IMG/VR virus record: IMGVR_UViG_3300026522_000022
Coordinates: 1 to 64,000 of that record
DNA from: a virus
Lineage: Duplodnaviria; Caudoviricetes
Strand: one strand, 5' to 3'
DNA length: 64,000 nucleotides
Below, piece by piece: positions 31,501 to 45,513 of the stretch (positions are counted from its first letter, which is position 1; each line of letters begins with the position of its first letter). The notes below the pieces were generated by a model. It did not search any database. It saw only the letters and a program-made list of their open reading frames with translations, and was not told the DNA's origin. Made by a program: the position numbers and the translations under genes.

Positions 31501-34290
31501 AAAGCTTTAAAAGAAATTCAAGATAGGCTTGAAGATATTGCAGAAGAAGCTTTTAAAGCTAGACGTGAAGCCGCACAAATGTTGAATGATATGCGAGAGA
31601 CAGCTCGTGACACTGAACAGACATTCCAGAATTTGTTTGGTGAACATCCAGAAATTAATTTCAATCTTTCTATGAAAAGTATTGATGAAATCATTGGTGG
31701 CCCAGAATTAGAAGCAAACTTAGCTAAATATATAACTGATTATGAAAATAAACTAAGCCAAGCTACTGACAAAAATATGAAACAATATTATCAGTCTCAA
31801 ATTAGTGCTTTAAAACGAGTTCAAGCAAATGGTGGAAATGGTTTATTGGCATTTAATGAAAATCGTTTAGCTGAAGTTATGCGCATGTGGAATGAATGGC
31901 AAAAAACTGGTTCATATACAATTGAAGGTCAAGCATCTACTAATGAACAAGCTCTTCTTGATTTAATGAAAGAAGCTGTAGAAGATGGTAATGACTTAAT
32001 GTCTAACCTATCCAGCGCCATATCTGATGCAATGGATAACATGGAAGCATTAGGCGAAATCATGGATTCTGAGATTGAAAATCAATTAAATGGTATGGAT
32101 GCTATTAATGATAAAATTGAACATCAACAGAATATGATAGAATTAATTTATGGTGACCAAGCATCTGCCGCACAGATTCAACTATTAAATCGTCAAGCAG
32201 AAGTTGAAGAAAATAGAGTTGGTATTCTTGAAAAACAATTAGATATTCAAAAGCAAGCTACGGCGACTGCCAAAGAAATGTACGAAACTGACCTGGCCGC
32301 ACATGGAGGAAAAGTAAATCAAGATTTATTAGAAAAATATCTTGATGCATTAGACCAAGAGCGAGATATTGATAATCAGATTCTTGAAACAAGAGAAAAA
32401 ATTGCACAATCCTACAAAGATGCAAAAGAAGCCGCTAATGATTTAGCTGTAGATAACTGACTAACAAATTTCCAAGGACAGTTAAGTGATAATGGCCCCT
32501 TCGTTCCTCTTGAATATATGGCTGACCAGTGAGAACGTATCCAAGAGAATGAAGAATTGTATCTTGATGATTTAAATAAAGCCTATGAAATTCAAAAACT
32601 TTCAAACAAATATCAGGAGATGCTAAACGATGCAACTGATCCAAAGATTCAACAGCAAATCACCGACCAGATGCGGGAGCAGCTAGGATATTTGAATGAG
32701 AAAACAAATCTTTCTAAGTATGACGTTGATTATGCTAATGCTCAACTTGAAATTTTACAAAAGACTATAGCTCTTGAGGATGCTAGAGCTGCAAAAAATC
32801 AGATGAAGCTCCGCAGAGATAGCCAAGGTAACTATCAATATGTGTATGCGGCTGACCAAAATCAAACCGCAGAAGCAGAGAATGATTTGCTTGATGCTTC
32901 GATGAACGCTTATAATATGAGCAAAGAGCAACAAGCAGATGTTCAAGATAGTTATATTAAAAAAGTTCAAGATATGGCAGACGCTCTCCGCAAAGCCGCC
33001 AACGATGCAACTTTAAATGAAGAGCAAATTGCAGCTATTACTCAAGATATCATTGATAAAGGCCACGAATATCTTGAAGCTATGGGCGAACAGCTAAATA
33101 CTTCTCAAAAGAATATGATTTCAAGTTTTATAGACGCCGCATTCCAGTTACAAGAGGAATATGCAAGTGGTGTCCGCAACATTGCAGAAGAACTTAAAGA
33201 AGATACTTCTCGTGGTCTGGATGATGTTGATGATAGGTTTGATACTTCTGTTAATAACTGAGTAGATGGCGAAACTGCAATTCGAGAACAGTCTAATAAA
33301 ACAAGAGAAAATATTATTAATAATATTAATAATTTTACCGATGCTGTTACAGAAGCTAATTTAGCTGTTGTTGACCCTCTTGGAGAGATACAGTCTGGTA
33401 TTGATGGTATTGATGACTCTATCGTGAAAATGAAAGATGATATGAGTGATTTATATAACACTTTAGACCAGCAGACAGGCGCTTTTGCGAATGCTGGAGC
33501 AGATGTAGAAGCATTGCAGGAAAAACTTACAGATGCAAACAATGCATTAAGTAAATACTCAACAGATTTGCAAGCAGCAAATGACAGAATTCAAGAATTA
33601 ACAACTGCAAATGAAGGATTAACAGCTCAATTAAATGGTGGAGGATCTGGCTCAGGAAGTGGTAGCACTGGAGGCACTGCCGCGAATGGAGGATTTGGTG
33701 GTAGTGGATATCAACAATCTGAATTAGCGGAAGGCGTTGCTGGAGCAATATGGACAATTGCAGGCGGCGGAGGATGAGGAGACAATCCAACTAGACATAA
33801 ATTAATGAGAGAAAAATTCGGTTCTTCTGCTGGTGATCAACTATTTGCTTCTGTCCAATCATTATTTAATAATGGATATGGTTATAATTATGGCGCTAAT
33901 AAAGGAAGTCAATATTATAGCAAATTCCAAGCAAGTAGTTTTGACACAGGTGGTTACACCGGTGAATGAGGTACTGATGGTCGCGTAGCCATGCTTCATC
34001 AAAAAGAACTTGTATTAAATGCTACTGATACTCAAAACATACTTGCGGCAGTCGATGCTGTTCGCGCGATAACAGAACAACTTAAAGGTTCTGCATTTAT
34101 TAATAATATTGGTTCTTCTATTGGAAAAGCCGCTCAAAACAATATTCAAGGTAATAGTATTGAACAAAGAGTTGAAATTACTGCGAATTTCCCGAATGTA
34201 AATTCTGCAGAAGAGATTGAACAAGCTTTATTGAATATTTCTGATAGGTCTTATCAATATGCATATAATAAAAATGATATACCTTGGTAG
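25564..34290 (+). CDS. tape measure protein (code 4, 2908 aa)
   Basis: TTG start after AGAAAGGTG; 11 same-frame track ORFs linked by TGA; TP901-type core (TREAPENIGNGLKT), coiled coils, C-terminal FDTGGYTGEW...LHQKELVLN. Confidence 0.9.
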
Positions 34291-34326
34291 GGCAAATATA
34301 AATTAATCTTATATCAAAACTTTGAA
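34290..34326 (+). promoter_or_regulatory. putative late-promoter motif GGGCAAA-N24-TTTGAA
   Basis: Same spacing as the other copies. Confidence 0.6.
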
Positions 34327-34356
34327 ATAATAAGAGTGAGATATAAGGACAAATAT

Positions 34357-34400
34357 ACGGGGATAGTTAGTATATCTTACTATCCCCGTTATTTTATTTT
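34357..34400 (+). terminator. terminator/attenuator-like hairpin
   Basis: ACGGGGATAG...CTATCCCCGT plus T-rich tract. Confidence 0.7.
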
Positions 34401-34416
34401 ATAAAGGAGAATGCGG

Positions 34417-37400
34417 ATGGCTACTACCGATATTCAGAATAGTGTGTATAAGACTATTGATGTAATAGTCAAAAAACGCATTGAAGATTTACATCTAGAT
34501 AAAACGATTGAATGTATCGTTGAGAATTGTGTTGATTTAGAAACTGGAAAATATAGAGTTAAATATGGCGCAGGATTTTTTGACGCATATTCTATTAATG
34601 GAGAAGTATATTTTCCTAATACTGCAATTTATGTTTTAGTTCCAGAAAATGACTTTAATAATAAGAAAACTATTATTGGTAAAGTTAGTTCTGGATTACC
34701 AACTTCTTCAAATGAAGAAACTGACTTATTATATACAGATTATAATATTATCGGAAAAAATATTCTTGTTCCTAAAACTAGTGACGAATATTTTAAAATA
34801 AATTCTACGTCTACTCAAGAATATCAAAAAATATTGTATGATATAAACACTCCAGAAGAAAATTTATTAACAATTGATACGAACAGTTTAAACGTCTATT
34901 TAAAAGAAACTCAAGCTTTTCGTCTTTCCGGCAAATTCAAAACTAATGCTAAAACTAAAACTGGTCGAGAAAGCTTTGGTCTAACTTTTACTTTTACTCA
35001 AAAAACTGCAAATACTAATTATAAAACCATGCAAGCGAGATGAGAAGCAGAAGCAGAACAAGCTAAGGCTTTTGTTGAAGTTGAAAAAGACAAAATCGAA
35101 GAAAGAACTTTACAATATTACTATAATATAGTAAAAAATAATGTTTTTAACAATATGGCAGATAAGTCAGTAATTGCTGTTCAGAATGAATTGTCTGAGA
35201 TTGTTTCTGAGTTACAATTATTTAAAACAGGAATCTCAAAAGAGAATAAAGATGGATTAGAATTAACTGATTTATATATTCAACTATTAAGTGAATTAGC
35301 TAATTATACTGTTAATGCTAATAATAATGCTGTAACTAAAGAGGATATAGTGAGTCAGTTTAATAGCTGGTTTACTGGGATTTCTTATGGATATGAGAAA
35401 AAAGTTGTTTCATATTCATTAACCAGTAATATAATGACTGGTAATCCTTATCATTATTCTAACGCAAATGGAAGTTATCAATATTTCTTTGTTGATATTG
35501 ATCCTGAAAAATTTGTTTCTCTAGACCAAATTTTATTTTATAGTGATTTTATTCGTGATGATTCTAACGCAGAAGAAGACTTATGAGTTAAAGATATATC
35601 TTTAGAATGTATTAAATATGTTACTAATACAAATGAAGATTATCGTTTATCTTTAAGTTATAGTGATATTTATTTCGATGAAAGTGCTAGTGATGATACA
35701 AAAATTACCGTTAGCGCAAAATTAATTTATCAAGATAATAATGATGTTACTCAATATTCTAGATTTTTGTGGTTTAAGAAGAACAGTAACATAAAATCAA
35801 CAGATTTGAAATATAATAACTATGGCGGAGAAGGTTGAGAGCATATAACAGATAATTTAAATACTGTTTTATATGACCGTTCTCCAAACCTAGATTTATA
35901 CGTTAAAGATAATAAAATTTATCGTAATCAATATAAAGTTGTTGCGATGTATGATTCTTCTCTTCCAATAGAACAAGAATTTACTATTTACAACGAAAAA
36001 CATAATCATGATATTGAGTTAACAGCTCCTTCTGGTCTATATTTTAGAAAAGAAGTAAATGGTGTTAAAGAAATTATTTGTAAAATAGATGGAAGCGACA
36101 CTCCGCCTTCAACTGACTATGTATTCAAATGGTTTGCTAACGATATTGAAATAAAACCTCAAGCAGAAATAAAAGCATGAAGAGATAAAATTTCAATAGA
36201 AAAAGATAAAAATGTAAAGAATAGAGAACAAGCAAAATTAAATTTAGTTGGAACAATATTATGAGATAAAGAAAAAACTCCTAATATTATTCAGGTGCCT
36301 AATATTATAGAATATTCTGAAATAGAAGGGCAAGTGACGATTACTTGTCAAATATTTGTATTAGATGAAAATAACCAAGAAAATGAATTTGATGTAATTA
36401 GCGTTATATTAAAGAATGAAGAATCTTTACCTGTTTATTTAAAAGCTAATTATGTTGAGATAGAAAATGGTGACCAAGTTTTCCAATATAACGAAATGGG
36501 CATATCACCCGCCAGTGCTAGGTACGAGAACCCGCAAGTGCCTAAACAATTAAGTTGTAAATTATATGATCCCGCTGGCGGTTATATTGATAGATTAAAA
36601 TATTATGAAGTTTCTTGGGAAGTTCCTATAGAAAATACTTTAATTAGAGTTGACAATAGTCTGTTACAGACTGGCCCTTCTGGTTTAAAAAATAAAGTCA
36701 TTGGAGAAGTTCTAAACTTTTCTATTGCAGATGAATATGATTATAATGCTACAAATAATCAAATTATTTGTGAAATAAAAATGTTGCAAGATGGACAGCC
36801 AGTACCCTATCGCCAATCAACGAATTTTTTCTTTGGAAAAATTGGTGAAGATGGGACAAATGGAACAGATGTAGTTGCTAAAATTAGCCCCATTAATATT
36901 AATGATACTTTAGCTAAAGAAGTATTAACTTTAAATATTGATAAAACAGATGCAGATAATATAAAAACAGAATGAAATAATGGAGTTGCTACAGATGTTA
37001 ATGTTAATAACCAAGATGGGATTTTGCAATTACAATTATTTAGAAACAATAATTTAATCGACCCAAGTGAATATAAACACGTTTCATGGTCTGTTTTAAA
37101 CAATGGTTTAACTTCTAAATATTGAGGAACACATACAATTTTAGAAAACAACTCAGCTCCAAAAGTTTCATTAGTTTACAAAGAAGAAAAAAGTCCAAGA
37201 GCGTATACAAATTATGTCATTAAAGGACAAGCCGATCTCAAAGTAAATAGTACAGAAGATGATTTTAAAGAAACTAAATATCAAACTTATTTTGGTTTCT
37301 ATCCTATTTGTACTATTACTCAATATGCGGCAGACCTTAAATATAATGTTGGTATTGATAAAGCTAGAACGCTTCGTCGTATCATGTATAACTCAGATGG

Positions 37401-40400
37401 ACGTTTCCCACAATACAATAAAAACTTAGGTGTTGGATTAACTTTTACAAATAAGGACAATAATTCTTCTAAGTATTTTGGTGATGACACTTCCCGCACA
37501 ATTGTATGGGAAGCTCGTGGTGGTATCATCCAAGGAGAATATCAAGAGAATAATCCTGCTTTTTCTATTGGAAGAACTAAAACTTGAGTTCCTTCTATTG
37601 AAGGTCAAGCTGAGGATAAGATTTTAGAATTAGAAGAGACAAAAAAGAATTCATTAATTGATCTTATAGCAAAACAAAAAGAAAATTGTATTTCTACCGA
37701 CATTCCAAATACATTAAATGATATAAAAACACAAATTAATAATCAAAAAACAGCAGCAAATGAAGAATTAGAAACATTAAAATCTGAAGTTAATACTCTT
37801 TGAGAAAATTTTAGAACGGCACAACAGAATAAGAAAAAAACAGCTTGAGATCTCCTAGAATCTTATTCTAATGATATAGATATAAAATCATATATTTATA
37901 AAGATGATCAAAAATATTTTGATGATGAAGATGAATTATCTTTTAAAGAATATGTTGATGATTATGTAGGAGCAATGCTAACAAATGATTCAATTAGACG
38001 TAATCCATCTGTTAATTCTTCAATGGTTTCTCCTAAAATTCTAACTTCAGATTGATTAAGTTTTTCTATAAAAGGTGTTTCAGAAGAAGTTGAATTAGCT
38101 TTTCAAAATTTAATTATTACAATTACTATTGGTTATAAAGCTAATTTAATTGTATATGATAGCACTAGTGATAGTGAGTCATTATTAAGTCAAATTAATG
38201 AGTTAGAAAAAGAATTAGAAAAAATAAATAAAGAATTAGATAATTATAATTCTATTACAGATACAGATATAGCAGGAGAGCCTGATTCTGAAGGCAAAAA
38301 TGCTAGAGCAGAAAAAATAAAAGCTATTATTTTTGAGAACGATACTGTTACTGATGAAGATGGTATTTCACAAGTATTATTTAATCTTATTTCACAACAA
38401 AAAGAAATTTATAATCAACAAATATTAGATGCTTCTGAAAAACTTGATTTTCAAATTAATTATTTGAAAAATGAGTTAGATAAAAATGCCGATCCAACAT
38501 TTTGTAGTATTCTTCCTAATGAAATTTATAATGGAGAATTTACTAATCAATATGTAAAAGCTAGTATATATAAAGATGAAACATTAGAATATGAAATTAT
38601 TATTCCAATTCATATATATTTAAACCTTTATGGCCTTGGATTATTAAATAGTTGAGACGGCAATGGCATTGAAATTAATGATGAGGGTGAATATATATTA
38701 GCTCCTCAAATTGGAGCAGGTCAAAAAAATAGTGATAATACTTTTACTGGACTCTTAATGGGTACTAAAAAAGAATCTGAGCAAAATGGTGTTATTGGTC
38801 TATTTGGATATAATCAAGGTAGACAGTCTATTGCTCTAAATTCTGAAACTGGCAGTGCAGTTTTTGGTTTACCAGAACAGCAAGGTTCATTAACGGATGG
38901 CCGCATTGAACTAATTCCAGGAGGAACAAGCAGTATTTCTCAATGAAAAGTTGATGCTCGTAGTTTGTATAATATTTTACCTAGCCAAGAAACAGATATG
39001 TTAAGGATAACCGAGGATGCTCATATTACAGAAGAGCCAACAGACGAAAGACTGCTTGGTCCTAGATATGAGGATGCCCCGCAATTTGCGCATGGGTCTA
39101 TTCCGCATGACAAACAGGGTATTTTGTTCAGTGCTCTGCCACCATATGTTTCATTTAAAGGTAGACAATTAAATGCGGGTGACCATGAACAGAAAAAAGT
39201 TAATTTCTTGAATTTAAATACTACTGCTAGAGAAGGCGATAGTTTTGAATTACAAATTGACCCCAATGATTCTAAGTTTTTTACTCTATATGAACACTCA
39301 TATAGATTAAAGTATGGTGAAGTTTTTTGCGACCAATGGAAAAATCTTAAGAAAAGAAGCTTATATGATTTCTCCGATACACAAATTGATGACATTAAAT
39401 CACAGATACAAGCCAATGACAAAACTAAAGGTTACGAGATAGCAGAAAATGATTATATTATTTGTCAAATATATTATACAAATAATGGTAGGCAACTTCA
39501 TGTTTTATCTCTATTAAAATTTACACCAGGAAATAAAGAATGAATATTAATTAACCCAGCGTATCAAGACGCAAAGACTTTATCGAACGAGTATGTCGTT
39601 GGAGAACTTTATCAATATGAAGATTGAAATAGTTCTTCAAAATCATCTGTGTGAAAATTTATTACTTTCACTGACGATACTCAAATTATTAAAGTTGATA
39701 AATTTAGTTTAAATGACACTGATGGTGGAAATGGTTTTGATACTTTAACTGTTAAAGAAGAAGATATTCAAAATAAAGTGTGAAGGCGTCATCGAAAAGC
39801 CGGCATAGATTCAACTGGTAAATTTACCGCAGAAAGTCTTGGCGTTGGTAGTTTAGGAATGGGCTTAGGAGATATTAAAGCATTTAATAATGCCTCTTAT
39901 TTCGTAGGAACGAGTCTTGAATCTGATAATTCGCCAATTATTCAATTTTTTGCTGATAAACAAGGTATAGATATACAAGATGGAGATACTGGGCCTGTTT
40001 ATATTTCTTCTAGTAAAGATTTAGGAACAGACGAAGGAAAAAGACCTATTCGCATATATGCTGGAGTTAAATCTTCTAATTATAATGAATCTGTATTTGG
40101 TAATGATACTTATAAATCAGGAATTTTTGTTGGAAAAAATTCTATTAAAGATCCAATTAAGAACATTGCTAAAATAGAATTATGGCAAACTAATAGTTCA
40201 AATGACGATAATATAGTATTATCTGCTCTTGGCAATGACACTAACCATCAAAGTGTTTTTACTTTAAGTTCTAATCAAGCTGGTGGTTTAAATCATACTA
40301 ATGATTGAACAACTACTATTGGTGGGACTTTAACGAAAACTATAACCGGAAATTGGGACCAAACAGCTAAAAATAAATTTAAATTAAATACTGTATTGGG

Positions 40401-41502
40401 TATTCGTGTTACCGCTTTAAATAATCGACTTAATATAAGCAGTGGATATGACGATGGTACTGTTGATTCTGGATTACAAGTAACTTATCAAACAACAAAT
40501 TCTACTAAATTAAATAATTTTATTTTAAATGAGAATAGTAAATTTGATGTATGTCGCACTATGCAATTTTTTACAAGAGGCAGATCAGGCAATGAACCAG
40601 GAAATGATGGAACTGGTATGCTTATGTCCGCAGAGAATACCAATGGAGGTATTCTTTTACGCACCACTGCTGCTGAACAATTTGATGGAAATTACAGCGG
40701 AATAGCTACCGCACCTGGAGTTGCTTCTTTGTTATTACGCCCAAGCGCAGGTAATAGCGATGCTCCTGGTGAATTTTATTTACAAGGTGGGCAAGCAACA
40801 AATGATCCAAATTCAAGATATAAAAATAACCTTACAAGAGTTTTTAGTTCTCATGAACAAACAAAAAGCGGTGGAGAAATAGTCCATCATTGAGATAAAG
40901 CTATGGTTATTATTGAGCCAAGATTAGATGTTAAAAGTGGTTCTACACCTGGTCCAATTGTTGCTGGATCATTAGAGCTTCAAAAACAAGGCACATCAAC
41001 TGGTGATATAAGTGCTGCTGGAAATGTAGGTGTTGCTGGAAATATAAATGCTGCTGGTAATATTCAAGCTACCGGTAAAGATAAATGAATTTGAGGAACA
41101 GCGCTATATGCCGGAGAAAAATCAGGTGATTGATATAAAGGAAAAATTTATGGCGACGGTTCTGAAATAAGTAATACTTGCAATGGCGGAGGCGCAACCC
41201 CTGGTGGGGGAGGAACTATAACATTAGGTTCTTCGGATGGAGTATCTATAACCATCCCAGAAATTTCTGTTGTTCACGGGAGACCCAGGTTTAGCACTGA
41301 TACAATAACTATAAGAGCGAGTGAACCCGATAGTGGAAAGTGAGCTACTCGAGAATGAGTAGGAGAAAACGCAGTTAGAAAAACAGAAGTCTGATCTGAG
41401 ACTACTTCATTCACATATAACGAACCAACAATGCAAGCAATATTAAATGACATTGCGGTCAAACTAGATTCGTTAAGAAATGCTTTAAATAGAGGTATAT
41501 AA
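34417..41502 (+). CDS. very large tail/baseplate protein (code 4, 2361 aa)
   Basis: Eleven same-frame track ORFs joined by TGA; LNSWDGN...LAPQIGAG motif; position after the tape measure gene. Confidence 0.8.
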
Positions 41503-41517
41503 TAAGGAGATAAAAGG

Positions 41518-41757
41518 ATGAATTTACAACAACATTTAGAGATACAAGCATCCGCCCAGCAATGGGCGGATGACTTTATGTCACAATATAATATTACGGC
41601 AACTGAAATGGCGGATGCTTTAACTAAAGTTTTATTAAATTTAAAAGATAAAGTTATGGTTGAATATTTAGTTGATGTGTCCAAGAGACAACAAGAAATG
41701 TACGCGGCTGCCCAGCAAGAGCAGATGCAATCACAAGCCCCGCAAGAGGAGGAATAA
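41518..41757 (+). CDS. hypothetical protein
   Basis: 79 aa, RBS. Confidence 0.75.
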   Translation: MNLQQHLEIQASAQQWADDFMSQYNITATEMADALTKVLLNLKDKVMVEYLVDVSKRQQEMYAAAQQEQMQSQAPQEEE

Positions 41758-42093
41758 ATGGCAGAGCCGAAACAAGTAACGACTACTTCACAAGAGGGTC
41801 TTAACATTCCTCTTGTTATAAAAAGAATACAACAGACTGTTGTAACAAAAGATGAAAACGAAAATGAAAATGAAACTACTGTTTATGCTCCTTTTGGAGT
41901 AGATGCGAAAAATGTTGAACTATATCAAAATGAAAATTTATGGGGAAATCTACAAACCTTTTTTAATAACTGACTAAATTTTCAGACTGCCTGAGAAGAT
42001 TTTGTTAAAAATGGGCAGCATATTCAGTATGGTGAGCAAGAGCCAGTAAGTAAACAAGTCCGAGTATGATATGATACAACCGTAACACCGTAA
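41758..42093 (+). CDS. hypothetical structural protein (code 4, 111 aa)
   Basis: 3 in-frame TGA; ends EQEPVSKQVRVWYDT..., TAA. Confidence 0.75.
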
Positions 42094-42103
42094 GGAGGAT
42101 AAC

Positions 42104-45100
42104 ATGGCTGTAAGTGTTGTTAGTACATTATACCCTCCTTTAATTGAAACTTTTCAGCCCGCTTTTATTTATACCAATCCTGCCGTAGTTACTTTTTCTT
42201 TATCTCCTTTCAATGAAATTGAAAAAATTAAAAGGATTCATGTTTCTGTTGTAGACCAAAGAAACAATTCAAATGTTTTAAAAGGCTACATGGAACCTAC
42301 GCCCCAAGTTGTTAAAATTGACAATGAAGAAAAGGTTATCGGGTATTATTGTATCGTTAATGGAATTTTAATAGCAGATTTTCCTGAATTTAAAAGTGAG
42401 ACTATTGCAGAAGAGTTGGGACTATTTTATCATGACCCTATTAACGATATATATGCAATAAAACTAAACCCAGCTTGGCTGGATAGGGGTGAAGATAGTA
42501 AGAGTTCATACTGAAATAATAATCAATATTATCAAGTCCAAGTCCGTTTTGACAGTTCAGAACAATATGTAAATGGTATTAAACAAAATTTAAATTCTTA
42601 TAATAGTGCAGAGCTTGCGGGATACCTATTAGATAATAGGTCAAATTTTTCTGAGTGGTCTGATATTACTCTATTAAAGCCCATATTGAATCCTAAGATT
42701 ACTATAAATCAAATAGATAATATAGAGAATCCTGAAATTTCTAGAGGAAATTTTCGCATTACTGGGTCTATTGATTTTCAAGCTCCCACAAGTGAATTAA
42801 ACGGAGTAACTTATCCTGAGCAAGAACGACTTCAAGCTTATCGAATAGAAGTTATTTTTGCAGATAAAGAAATATATGATTCTGATTGAATATATGCAAA
42901 ACAGAATATTTTAAAATCAGAAAAAACAATGATTGACCATTTATTAAATACAGATAAGCTACCTGAAAATAGTGATTCAACTGTTGAATTAAAAATTTTT
43001 GGTCGCACTAATAATAGTTATGAATGACAAGAGTCTCGTTCACTTACTGTTGCGATGTTGCAGCCTGTTTTCTTAGATGATACAAGATGAAATTCTAAAG
43101 ACTCTGGTCTAGATAAAAATGATATTTTTGTGAATCAAGAAGATGGTGTTGCTCATATTCGTTTTAGTAGCTCTATCAACTCAACAAAGAAAACAGGAAC
43201 TATTACTCAGGGTATAATTTATATCAGACGGTCTTGTAGTAAAGATAATTTTAAAAACCAAGAATTAGTTTACAGATATATTTATAAACACAAAGGGCAA
43301 GATAATAATGTTACAATATCTTTTGATGATTTTACTATTTGCAGTTTATATCAATACAAATATTCTGTTCAGATGTGCATAATCCATGAGGAAGGTGAAT
43401 CTTGAAGTAATATAAAAGAGAGTAACAGAATTTATCCTGAATTTTATGATATGCTTTTTATGCGGCAGAACAAACAAATTGCTGTGCGATATAAGGGACA
43501 AGTTGCCTCCTGAAAACCAACAGTAAATAGACAAAAAATAGATACTTTAGGAGGCCGCTATCCTAAGTTTGTTGAAAATGCAAATATGAATTATAAAACA
43601 TATTCAATTTCTGGTTTAATTTCAGCAGAAGAAGATTTCAATCGAATGTTCTTAGATGAAACGACCGAAGAAAATAACACCGGAAAAGTAGTTGAGGATA
43701 GTTACTCTGAACCTGGCAACATTAGTAGGTATGAAGAAAGATTTGGTAATACTTATCAACTTCGTAATGACACGTATGCTGATGGAAATATAAAAAATCA
43801 TACAATAAATGTACCAGAAAAAGAAAAGGCTTTTGGAGCAAGCTTATATGCAAATACAGAATTTTCTGGTCAGTTGAATAATTGACATGATTCTTATCCA
43901 CACAATCATTGGTATTGAGAACGTGAATTTAGAGAAGAACTAGTAAAATGATTGAATGATGGAGAGCCTAAGTTATACCGTTCTATGCCAGAAGGCAACA
44001 TAGCAGTAATGTTAACTGACATAAATTTGACTCCTGAAAATCAGCTCGACCGCATGTTATATGACTTTTCCGCTACAATGTACGAAATTGCCGACGGATA
44101 TAACTTAGAAGATTTAAATGATTTAGGTATTATAGATATACCTACAACGTCTACTGTCTTTATTAATGGAGCTGATATTAGCAACGGTCTTTCTGAAGAA
44201 ACAGAAAGTGCAAACATTGGAGATAAGGTTTCAAATAAAATTGGTCAGATAAAATTAACAACAAAAGTTTTTTACGATAGAGATAATAAACGACAGACTG
44301 TTAATTTAATTAATGGTTCTTTAAATAATACTTCATATAATCCAAATAATCTTTGGGATAACATCACTATAATAGAACGATTAAAAGAGAAATATTTAAA
44401 CGATATTTCAAATGAAGTAGTTGATAATTCTGTTCAAATTACTAACGCGGATATACAATTTACGAGTCCTCCAAATTATTTTAATAGAAATGCTAATTCT
44501 AGGTTTGAAAAAGTAAATAATAAAACTAATTGATTGGGTTATGTATTTAATATTCAATTTAACAACAGTACTTCTCAACAAATCTTTGTTAATCAAAAAG
44601 GTTTTTACCATATCCCAGATACAACTTTAATTACAGGTATTAGTATGGATGTGGAGGGGCAAACTGCTCAAATGACATATGTATATGAGTACAGAACACG
44701 GGTGCCAGAAGAAACAAAATTTGTTCCAACCAGAATTTTAAAGCATATTATTGGGCAATATAGTGCCGATTATCCGCTACCATTAGGAACAGATATTATT
44801 TCGTTAATCAAAGAAAATCATAATAAAGTTAACTATGAGATTAGTTCTGTTACGACCGTTGTAAATTCAATAGAACTAGAAACCTGTTCTGGCTTACTAT
44901 TGGATTTAAGTCCTTATACTGTTTTAAAATACAATTATAAAAATGACAATGTTTCTTATCCATTATTAATAGGAGAAACAGGTGTTTTTAATGGCTTTGA
45001 AGATTGACCCATTGAATCTTTATTTATTTATGGTCGTCGTTTAACCAAAGCTAAAATTAAAAATAGTACAACATATCCTTACTTTATGGAAGATAGAGAA

Positions 45101-45511
45101 TATTATTTAGATAAATCTGTTGATACAGAAAAAATACAAAAATTAAAATGAAATTCAATAGATGCGGAAAGTATTTCCGATACTTTTAATATCCGAATTA
45201 ATGGTCAACAATACAACCTTAAAAAAGATATTCAATATATTCCAACAGAAGATAGCTATGGGTATATACATCCTCAACAAATATCTAATCCTAAATTTAA
45301 TACGATTTATCGTTTTACAAAAAAAGTAGAGAATAACACACCGACAGAATTCTATTATCAAATTCATTATATAGATGGAAATTGATATCCTGTTGTTTTT
45401 CTAGAAGATGATAGCGTATTAGCCGCAGTTCCCGTCTATGGCTTAATAAACTATCATGGGAATCTGTTGAGTAGAAAAACTAAAAGCAATAGTGATAAGG
45501 AGACGTCATAG
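42104..45511 (+). CDS. large tail/baseplate protein (code 4, 1135 aa)
   Basis: Same-frame fragments; motifs DTLGGRYP and WEREFREELVKWLNDGEPKLYRS use TGA for W. Confidence 0.8.
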
Positions 45512-45513
45512 CA

